Assembly: GCA_020028455.1 (NCBI GenBank)
Contig: JAHZOA010000004.1
Coordinates: forward strand, 1 to 52,700
Direction: 5' to 3'
Length of the DNA: 52,700 nt
Source: Armatimonadota bacterium
GTDB lineage: Bacteria > Sysuimicrobiota > Sysuimicrobiia > Sysuimicrobiales > Kaftiobacteriaceae
In this document: piece by piece, positions 17,182 through 24,631 of the stretch
Layout: the number at the start of each line of letters is the position of its first letter
How positions within the stretch are numbered: position 1 is the first letter of the stretch
Program-made: the position numbers and the translations under genes
Notes under the pieces: model-generated
Seen by the model: only the letters and a program-made list of their open reading frames with translations
What the model was told of the DNA's origin: nothing
Databases searched by the model: none

Positions 17182-17207
17182 GACGTCATGCGTGGGGAGA
17201 AACAGAG

Positions 17208-18152
17208 ATGACGATCGGAGCGCATGTCTGGATGAATGGACGGGTGGTCGCGGAAAGGGAGGCGACCGTGTCCGTGCGCGCGCACGCGCTGCACTACGGC
17301 AGCAGCGTGTTCGAGGGCATTCGAGCATATGCGACCCCGCGGGGGCCGGCCGCGTTCTGCCTCCAGCAGCACGTGGACCGGCTCTTCGACTCATGCCGGA
17401 TCTTCAGGATGGCCCTGCCGTACGCGCCCGATGAGATCACGAAGGCGATCGTCGATCTCATCCGCCGCAACGGCCACAACAACTGCTACGTCCGGCCCAT
17501 CGTCTACCGCGGAGCGGGCTCATTCAACCTGGACCACCGGAAGTCTCCGCTAGAAATGGCGATCATAACGCTGGAATGGGGTCGGTACCTGGGGGTCGAG
17601 GCAATTGAGCAAGGCGTTGATGTCATGGTCAGCTCCTGGCGACGAATGGCGCCGAATACGTTTGCTCCCATGGCGAAGATCGGCGGACAGTACGTGAATT
17701 CATCGTTTGTCGCCATGGAGGCCACAGACGGGGGATTTGTGGAAGGCATCGCGCTGGACGTCGAGGGTAACATCAGCGAAGGCAGTGGCGAGAACATCTT
17801 CCTCATTAAAGAAGGGGTCGTCTATACTCCCCCGCTCAGCAGCGCCATTTTGCCAGGTGTCACCCGCATGGCCGTCATGACGTTGTGCCGCGATCTCAAG
17901 TACCGTGTTGAGGAGCGGGCGCTGCCACGTGAGTTCCTGTACACGGCGGATGAAGTATTCTTTACCGGCACAGCCGCGGAGATCACACCCATCAAATCCG
18001 TGGATCGGGTACCCGTGGGGAAGGGAGGCAGAGGAGCCATCACGGCCCGCCTGCAGGGCGAGTTTTTTGGGATCACCGCCGGCAAGATCCCCGATCGCCA
18101 CATCTGGCTTACGTATGTGCACGCAGGTAAGCAGACTGTGAAGACCGGGTAG
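17208..18152 (+). CDS. ilvE: Branched-chain amino acid aminotransferase (class IV PLP fold)
   Basis: About 310 aa with BCAT-type motifs (VFEGIRAY, KIGGQYVNS, EGSGENIF, GVTR). GGGGAG SD. Confidence 0.9.
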   Translation: MTIGAHVWMNGRVVAEREATVSVRAHALHYGSSVFEGIRAYATPRGPAAFCLQQHVDRLFDSCRIFRMALPYAPDEITKAIVDLIRRNGHNNCYVRPIVYRGAGSFNLDHRKSPLEMAIITLEWGRYLGVEAIEQGVDVMVSSWRRMAPNTFAPMAKIGGQYVNSSFVAMEATDGGFVEGIALDVEGNISEGSGENIFLIKEGVVYTPPLSSAILPGVTRMAVMTLCRDLKYRVEERALPREFLYTADEVFFTGTAAEITPIKSVDRVPVGKGGRGAITARLQGEFFGITAGKIPDRHIWLTYVHAGKQTVKTG

Positions 18153-18184
18153 ACTGTGCAGACGTCATTCGAGGGAATTGGATC

Positions 18185-20683
18185 GTGACAGAACGCCATA
18201 ATCCGACCGCAATCGAGAAAAAGTGGCAGGCTCGGTGGGAGCAAGACCGCCTGCATGAGGCTAAGGATTTCGATCCAAAGCCGAAGTGGTATTTCCTGAC
18301 CATGTACCCGTATCCGTCCGGCGATCTGCACATCGGCCACTGGTACGCCATGGCGCCCTCCGACGCCGCAGCCAGATACAGGCGCATGCAAGGGTACAAT
18401 GTTGTGTTCCCGATCGGATTTGATGCGTTCGGGCTGCCGGCGGAGAATGCGGCGATCCAGCACGGCATTCACCCCTACAAATGGACCACAGACAACATCA
18501 ACCGCATGCGCACGCAACTGCGGTCGATGGGCGCGATGTGGGACTGGTCGCGGGAGATCGTCACCTGCGATCCTGAGTACTACCGGTGGAACCAGTGGTT
18601 CTTCTTGCGTATGTACGAGCGCGGACTGGCGTACCGGAAGCTAGCGCCGGTGGACTGGTGCCCGAAGGATAACACGACACTGGCACGCGAGCAGGTGGTG
18701 GGCGAGGAGCGCGTTTGCGAACGATGCGGTACCCCCGTGATCAAGAAGAACCTGGAACAGTGGTTCCTAAAAATCACCGCATACGCCGAGGAACTGCTGG
18801 ACTTCTCTGGGATTGCGTGGCCGGACCGTGTGCGGGTCCTGCAGGAGAACTGGATCGGGAAGAGCGTCGGCGTGGAGTTCGCCATGGAGGTGAAAGACCA
18901 CCCTGGCGTCTCGTTCCGGGTCTTTACGACCCGGCCCGACACCGTCTACGGGATGACATTCGCGGTGCTGGCGCCGGAGCATCCTCTGGTCGATCAATTG
19001 GTCACGCCGGACCGGCGCCGTGAGGTCGAGGCGTACAAGTTCAAAGCCGCCCGCGCATCGGATATCGAGCGGCTGTCCACTGAAAAGGACCGCGACGGTG
19101 TGTTTATCGGGGCCTTCGCCGTCAATCCGATGAGCGGCGAGCCGATGCCGATCTACATCGCCGATTACGTCCTGCTGACCTACGGCACCGGCGCCATCAT
19201 GGGCGTGCCGGCGCACGACGCGCGCGATTTCGAGTTTGCAAAGAAATACCAGCTCCCGATCCCGGTAGTGATCGCCCCACCTGGATGGGACGGCACGCCG
19301 TTGCGCGAGGCCTATCTGGGAGAGGGTACGATGGTCAATTCAGGCGCCTTCAGCGGCCTGCCATCAGTAGAAGGCTGGGAACGGATCGCAGACGCGATGG
19401 CAGCGCGCGGCATCGGTGAGCGAAAGATCAATTACCGCCTGCATGACTGGCTGATCAGCCGTCAGCGGTACTGGGGCACGCCGATCCCGATTATCTACTG
19501 CACGCACTGCGGCACCGTGCCTGTGCGGGACAATGAACTGCCGGTGGTGTTGCCGCTCGATGCAGAGTTCCGCCCGACAGGCGAATCACCATTGAAATTT
19601 CACGAGGGTTTCCGCCGCACGACATGCCCGAATTGTGGGCGCGGGGCCGAGCGAGAGACGGACACGATGGACACATTCATCGACTCGTCCTGGTACCAAT
19701 ACCGCTACGTGAGTCCCCATGAGGAACGTCACCCGTTCGAGGCCAAGAGGGGAACGTACTGGCTGCCGGTTGACCAGTACACCGGAGGCGTCGAACACGC
19801 GGTCATGCACCTCCTGTACACGCGCTTTTGGACGAAGGTGATGCGCGACATGGGGATGGTGCCGTTCGGTGAGCCGATGCTCCGGCTGTTCAACCAGGGA
19901 GTCATCCTTGGTGAAGACGGCGAGAAGATGAGCAAGTCTCGCGGCAACGTCGTCAACCCCGACGATTATGTTCAGAACGCCGGCGCCGACACGGTCCGCG
20001 GCTATCTGATGTTCATCGGTCCCTGGGACGGTGGCGGACCGTGGAACAGCAGGGGGATCGAAGGCATCAGCCGCTTTCTCCAGAGAGTTTGGAACCTAGT
20101 CACCGAGACAACGGGAACACGGGAACACGGGAACACGGGAACACGGAAGGATCCCGCAGCGTCTGATACGCGTTCCCGCGTTCCCGCGATCCCTGGTTCC
20201 CGAGATTTGGAGCATTGGACTCACAAAACCATTAAGAAGGTCACCGAGGATCTGGAAGGGTTCCACTTCAATACCGCGATCTCGTCATTGATGGAATACG
20301 TCAATTTCCTCTACGGCATACGCGATGAGCAGGTTGGTTCGGCGCAATGGGGTGAGGCGATGCGGAGCCTGGTCCTGTTGCTGGCACCAATGATGCCGCA
20401 CGTCGCGGAAGAACTGTGGGAGCAGATGGGTGAACCCTACAGCGTCCATCTTCAGCGCTGGCCGTCGTACACGGAAGGCTTGGCGAATGCCGAGGTGGTC
20501 ACGCTGGTGCTGCAGGTTGATGGCAAGGTTCGGGACCGCGTCCAGGCAGCGGCGGGTCTGCCTGAGTCTGAAGCGAGGACGATTGCGCTCGCCAATGAAA
20601 GGGTGAAGAAGTTCATGGATGGCCGCCAGGTCGCGGACGTGATTGTTGTACCCGGAAGACTCGTGAACGTCGTCACAAAATAG
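18185..20683 (+). CDS. leuS: Leucyl-tRNA synthetase, full length with CP1 editing domain
   Basis: PYPSGDLHIGH (HIGH), KMSKSRGN, editing motifs TTRPDT and GTGAIMGVPAHD, C-terminal tRNA-binding domain. Confidence 0.97.
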   Translation: MTERHNPTAIEKKWQARWEQDRLHEAKDFDPKPKWYFLTMYPYPSGDLHIGHWYAMAPSDAAARYRRMQGYNVVFPIGFDAFGLPAENAAIQHGIHPYKWTTDNINRMRTQLRSMGAMWDWSREIVTCDPEYYRWNQWFFLRMYERGLAYRKLAPVDWCPKDNTTLAREQVVGEERVCERCGTPVIKKNLEQWFLKITAYAEELLDFSGIAWPDRVRVLQENWIGKSVGVEFAMEVKDHPGVSFRVFTTRPDTVYGMTFAVLAPEHPLVDQLVTPDRRREVEAYKFKAARASDIERLSTEKDRDGVFIGAFAVNPMSGEPMPIYIADYVLLTYGTGAIMGVPAHDARDFEFAKKYQLPIPVVIAPPGWDGTPLREAYLGEGTMVNSGAFSGLPSVEGWERIADAMAARGIGERKINYRLHDWLISRQRYWGTPIPIIYCTHCGTVPVRDNELPVVLPLDAEFRPTGESPLKFHEGFRRTTCPNCGRGAERETDTMDTFIDSSWYQYRYVSPHEERHPFEAKRGTYWLPVDQYTGGVEHAVMHLLYTRFWTKVMRDMGMVPFGEPMLRLFNQGVILGEDGEKMSKSRGNVVNPDDYVQNAGADTVRGYLMFIGPWDGGGPWNSRGIEGISRFLQRVWNLVTETTGTREHGNTGTRKDPAASDTRSRVPAIPGSRDLEHWTHKTIKKVTEDLEGFHFNTAISSLMEYVNFLYGIRDEQVGSAQWGEAMRSLVLLLAPMMPHVAEELWEQMGEPYSVHLQRWPSYTEGLANAEVVTLVLQVDGKVRDRVQAAAGLPESEARTIALANERVKKFMDGRQVADVIVVPGRLVNVVTK
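20112..20202. repeat. Tandem-unit-arm hairpin repeat inside the leuS reading frame (unit CGGGAACA)
   Basis: (CGGGAACA)x4+CGG at 20112-20146. Imperfect inverted copy CGCGTTCCCGCGTTCCCGCGATCCCTGGTTCCCG at 20169-20202. Translated in frame as TGTREHGNTGTRKDPAASDTRSRVPAIPGS. Confidence 0.85.
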
Positions 20684-20755
20684 CGGTCGTGGGTCATGGG
20701 TCGTAGGTCGTGGAGACTGCATACCTACGACCCACGACCAACGACCTACGACCGC
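20683..20755. repeat. Tandem-unit-arm hairpin repeat, GGTCGTR subfamily (copy 2)
   Basis: Left arm GCGGTCGTGGGTCATGGGTCGTAGGTCGTGG, 10-nt loop, right arm ...CCTACGACCGC. The first base is the G of the leuS TAG stop. Confidence 0.9.
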
Positions 20756-20795
20756 AGTCGAGGGAGTTGATGCTGTTGGAACTCATGTCAGGAAG

Positions 20796-22724
20796 GTGAA
20801 GCAGAAGTTTGACGTTCGCGCCATCGAAGACCGGTGGCGCCGGGCCTGGGAAGAGCAGGGGATCTACCGCACGCCGGAGCCTTCCACCAGGCCGAAAATG
20901 TACGTCCTCGATTTCTTCCCTTATCCCTCCGGCGATGGGCTCTCTGTGGGCCATGCGAGGAATTACGTACCCACCGACGTTCTGGCCCGCTATTTCCGCA
21001 TGCGCGGACATGCCGTGCTTCATCCGATGGGCTGGGATGCCTTTGGACTTCCCGCTGAGAACGAGGCTCTCCTAAAGCGCCGTCACCCGCGCGACACCAC
21101 CAGAGATTACTCGGCGAACTATCGGAGGCAGCTGCGGTTGATCGGCTGCTCGTACGATTGGTCGCGAGAGATCAGTACAAGCGATCCCGAGTTCTACCGG
21201 TGGACACAGTGGGGATTCCTCCTGCTGCTGCGTCGTGGGCTGGCGTACCGAGCGATGGGCTGGCAATGGTGGTGCCCGAAGTGCCGCACGATCCTGGCGA
21301 ATGAGCAGGTAGAGAACGGCCGTTGCTGGAGGCACACCGACACACCTGTCGAGAAGCGAGAGCTCGAGCAGTGGTACGTCCGCACGACCGCATACGCCGA
21401 TCGACTTTTGCACGATCTCGAGCGCGTGGACTGGCCCGAGCACATCAAGACGATGCAACGGAACTGGATCGGTCGTTTCGAAGAGGGGGGAACAGTCCGC
21501 TACCATTTGCATGACTGGCTCGTCAGCCGCCAGCGATACTGGGGCGCTCCAATACCGGTTGTGTACTGCGATCAGTGCGGGATCATCCCGGTGCCGGAAC
21601 ACCAGCTTCCTGTACTCCTTCCTGAAGTGGAATCGTACGAACCTGCGGGGACGGGGCGGTCACCGCTCGATGCGATGCCGGAGTTCGTGCACACATCGTG
21701 CCCGCGCTGTACGGGTCCCGCCCGGCGCGAAACTGACACACTGGATGGGTTCGCGGACTCGAACTGGTACTTCTTGCGGTTCGCCGATCCTTCGTATCGA
21801 GCCGGTCCATGGAATCCCGAGGCGATCCGCTATTGGATGCCGGTGGATTGGTACGTCGGCGGCGCGGAACAGGCGATCATGCACCTCCTGTATGCTCGGT
21901 TCTTCACCAAAGTGTTATTTGACGAGGGCCTCATTGAGTTTGAAGAGCCGTTCACCCGGCTGCGGAGCCAGGGGAGCATGCTGTCGCCGGTTGACGGTCT
22001 GCGCATGAGCAAATCTCGGGGCAACGTCGTGACGCCTGATGAGGTCGTAGACATCTACGGTGCTGATGCGCTGCGGGTCGCCGTGATGTTCATTGGACCG
22101 TTCGAGCAGGATGTCGCTTGGAATCCGGCGGTCGCCGCGGGCGCTGCGCGATTTGTGAGGAGGCTGTACCGGCTGCTGACACAACCTTCCACACACGGAG
22201 TCGGAAGTCGGGCCTCGGGAGTCGCCGGACAGAGGCATGATGTCCGATTACGCGTACATCAACTGATCAAATCTGCCGGAGAGGCGATTGAAAAGTTTCG
22301 GTTCAACACGCTGATCTCGGAAGTGATGACGTTCCTCAACGACGTAGAGGCGTGGAAACCTCAGTTTACAGGCACCGCGCTGTGGGACGAAATGACGGAC
22401 ACCCTGGTCAGAATCTGCGCACCTGTCACCCCCTTCGTGGCCGAAGACGCCTGGCACACCATGGGTCGGGAGGGAAGTGTGCATCACGCTCAATGGCCGG
22501 AGTATGATGCGTCACTGGTCCAGGACGTGACGCAGACCGTCATCATCCAGATTGATGGGAGAGTGCGAGACCGGATCACGGTGCCGCCGGATGCCGATCG
22601 CGATACCCACGTGCAGCTGGCGTCCGCGCGGTCTCGGGTGCGGGATGCCATTGGAAAACGGACCGTGAAACAGGTGGTGGTTGTGCCGGGGAAGGTCATC
22701 AACTTCGTGACCATAGACGCCTGA
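20796..22724 (+). CDS. Leucyl-tRNA synthetase paralog lacking the CP1 editing domain
   Basis: Collinear with LeuRS except that the 190 aa between NWIG and YxLHDWLxSRQRYWG are replaced by FEEGGTVR. HIGH reads SVGH and KMSKS reads RMSKS. Zn motifs CPKC..CWRH and CDQC..CPRC and the C-terminal domain are retained. Confidence 0.85.
   Translation: MKQKFDVRAIEDRWRRAWEEQGIYRTPEPSTRPKMYVLDFFPYPSGDGLSVGHARNYVPTDVLARYFRMRGHAVLHPMGWDAFGLPAENEALLKRRHPRDTTRDYSANYRRQLRLIGCSYDWSREISTSDPEFYRWTQWGFLLLLRRGLAYRAMGWQWWCPKCRTILANEQVENGRCWRHTDTPVEKRELEQWYVRTTAYADRLLHDLERVDWPEHIKTMQRNWIGRFEEGGTVRYHLHDWLVSRQRYWGAPIPVVYCDQCGIIPVPEHQLPVLLPEVESYEPAGTGRSPLDAMPEFVHTSCPRCTGPARRETDTLDGFADSNWYFLRFADPSYRAGPWNPEAIRYWMPVDWYVGGAEQAIMHLLYARFFTKVLFDEGLIEFEEPFTRLRSQGSMLSPVDGLRMSKSRGNVVTPDEVVDIYGADALRVAVMFIGPFEQDVAWNPAVAAGAARFVRRLYRLLTQPSTHGVGSRASGVAGQRHDVRLRVHQLIKSAGEAIEKFRFNTLISEVMTFLNDVEAWKPQFTGTALWDEMTDTLVRICAPVTPFVAEDAWHTMGREGSVHHAQWPEYDASLVQDVTQTVIIQIDGRVRDRITVPPDADRDTHVQLASARSRVRDAIGKRTVKQVVVVPGKVINFVTIDA
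22197..22224. repeat. Solo tandem heptamer array inside the leuS paralog
   Basis: GGAGTCG GAAGTCG GGCCTCG GGAGTCG, read in frame as GVGSRASGV. I found no inverted partner nearby. Confidence 0.6.
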
Positions 22725-22741
22725 CGGGTCACAAGAAAAGA

Positions 22742-22778
22742 GAGCACGGGGATCTCGGAAAACGCAATCCCCGTGCTC
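22742..22778. terminator. Bidirectional hairpin between convergent genes
   Basis: 11-bp stem GAGCACGGGGA / TCCCCGTGCTC with a 15-nt loop, between the leuS-paralog stop (22724) and the minus-strand stop at 22808. Confidence 0.55.
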
Positions 22779-22807
22779 CTGTCCTGCTTGCTTGCCCTGA
22801 ACCAGTG

Positions 22808-24055
22808 TTACCTTACCGTGATCGTGAACGACCGCTGTTCCTGACCGAGGTCACTGTGCGTCGCCGTCACTGTGAGATTGTGGGGTGTATTGGGTGCGAT
22901 CAACGTCACCGGCACCCGCATGGTGAACTGTCCCTCGCTATTAGCCGTCACGGTCTGACTTCCGACCGGGAAGCCCAGGAAGAATGTGACGGTGGCTACG
23001 ACCTGCGAACGCGCGGCCGTACGGCCGCGCACGGTGAACGGATTGCCCACCGTGGCCCCCGGATCCGGCTCGCGAATGTTCAGGATCATCTGGCCGGACG
23101 GCGGCATTTGGGCGGCGCCGCTGACGATGTTGATCTCCCACGCCTCGCGTGAGGTCGGGTTCAGCCTGAGGGGATCCAGGACCTGACCCGCCTGCAGCGC
23201 ATCGGCACCACCTTGGGCCGGCTGTCCGTTACGGGTGACTACGACGTTCGACACATATCTGATGGTGCGCCCATCGGTGAGAATAATCGTTCGTCCGGAT
23301 TTGGCAATCTGATCAATCCGGCCGATGGTCTCCATGTAGGTCGCGCGGATGCGCGTGGCGACGTTGTTCGTAAAGGTCACCTCAGCATCATCACCACGCC
23401 GCAGCGCTGCGACGCCCACCGAGCCACCCACGTTGCTCGACACGTTCACTCGCGTGACAGCTGTATCGACATTGATGGTGATTGTGTAGGCGACATTACC
23501 AGACTCAATGACGATCCTGGACTGATCGCCGGCCTGCTGCGCCGGACGAATGTCAGTGACCACGCCCTTGATCGTCTGACCCGCCGTAGGTGGCGGTGGC
23601 GGTTGCCCAACAGGCGCGCCGGTGGTCGAGATCACGACCGTGCGGCTCTCCTCACGGTACTCGACGGACGCGCCGAGCGACTCGCTGATGAACCGGAGCG
23701 GTACAAGCGTCCGTCCCCGGAGGATCGTTGCCGGAACGTCCAGCGTCACCGGCCGATCGTTCACCCTGGCGATGCGGCTGCCAATCTTCAGTTCGACCAG
23801 GGTGTTTGTTCTCGCCGCCAGCACCGTTCTGGTCGACGGATGCCATTCCACCGTGGCGCCCATCTTCTCAAACACGCCACGTACGGGTACGAGCACCCGG
23901 CTGCCTTGAACGACAGGCGGCTGATCAAACAACACCTGCTCACCGTCGACGAATACCCGAACGGCTCCCTGACCCAACACCGGGACGGTCACGAGCGAAG
24001 CGCTCAGGAGGACGGTCAGCAGGAGTGCGAATAATCCACGAGCTTGCATCTGCAT
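22808..24055 (-). CDS. Secreted protein with copper amine oxidase N-terminal-like (stalk) domain and C-terminal Ig-like domain
   Basis: Signal peptide. VFVDGEQVLFDQPPV...GRTLVPLRFISESLGASVEY is typical of Cu_amine_oxidN1 domains. Pro-rich linker and beta-rich C-terminus. Confidence 0.7.
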   Translation of the reverse strand: MQMQARGLFALLLTVLLSASLVTVPVLGQGAVRVFVDGEQVLFDQPPVVQGSRVLVPVRGVFEKMGATVEWHPSTRTVLAARTNTLVELKIGSRIARVNDRPVTLDVPATILRGRTLVPLRFISESLGASVEYREESRTVVISTTGAPVGQPPPPPTAGQTIKGVVTDIRPAQQAGDQSRIVIESGNVAYTITINVDTAVTRVNVSSNVGGSVGVAALRRGDDAEVTFTNNVATRIRATYMETIGRIDQIAKSGRTIILTDGRTIRYVSNVVVTRNGQPAQGGADALQAGQVLDPLRLNPTSREAWEINIVSGAAQMPPSGQMILNIREPDPGATVGNPFTVRGRTAARSQVVATVTFFLGFPVGSQTVTANSEGQFTMRVPVTLIAPNTPHNLTVTATHSDLGQEQRSFTITVR

Positions 24056-24161
24056 TCCTCCTCGTTATTCGATCTTGTGGAACTGCCTCGCCCGTACGTA
24101 CGGCCCCGACTGTCTTACGTTCGGATCCCCGACACGGTTCCGAGGGTTGGTGAGTTTGCGT

Positions 24162-24197
24162 ACAGACAGCCCGGCTCGGATGCACCGGGCTGTCTGT
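24162..24197 (-). terminator. GC-rich hairpin downstream of the 79-aa gene (no U-tract)
   Basis: Perfect 13-bp stem ACAGACAGCCCGG / CCGGGCTGTCTGT with a 10-nt loop. Confidence 0.3.
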
Positions 24198-24225
24198 GAA
24201 TGCTATTGCTTGCTAGAGAACAGAC

Positions 24226-24465
24226 CTATCGGCCGGCCGCAATCTGCTGCTGCACGATCCGGGCCGCCTCTGCATATGTGATCCAGCTTCCAGTCTGCTG
24301 GAAGACCAGCCATCTGAGGTAGCCGGGCAGTGACATAAAGCCCGCTTCCGGTGCAAACGGCTTCAGGTTCGACACGTTCGGATACTGCTGCGCGAACGCA
24401 GGCGCGATCGCGGCGGCGAGGACCAGAACGGTGAGAACCATCACGAAGATGCCTCGAAGCGTCAT
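24226..24465 (-). CDS. Small secreted hypothetical protein
   Basis: 79 aa with a clear signal peptide (AAAIAPAFA-QQ). I recognise no family. Confidence 0.5.
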   Translation of the reverse strand: MTLRGIFVMVLTVLVLAAAIAPAFAQQYPNVSNLKPFAPEAGFMSLPGYLRWLVFQQTGSWITYAEAARIVQQQIAAGR

Positions 24466-24631
24466 GTTGTTCTCTCCCTTCCTTCAGGTATAGTGCGCCG
24501 AGACCATTGGTCTGCGCGCTGTTCCCTGCAGGTCGTGCAGGGCTTGGCGATTATTTCCCCCTCCGCACGCTTCTCAAACCTCAGAAAGGTCGGGGAACCA
24601 CGATCGGAACGACGAAGTTTCTACACATATC

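Noticed and set aside
23213-24034. 273-aa plus-strand ORF opposite the copper-amine-oxidase-domain protein
   Set aside because: The minus-strand product has a signal peptide and recognisable domain repeats. The plus-strand translation is Arg/Asp-rich noise.
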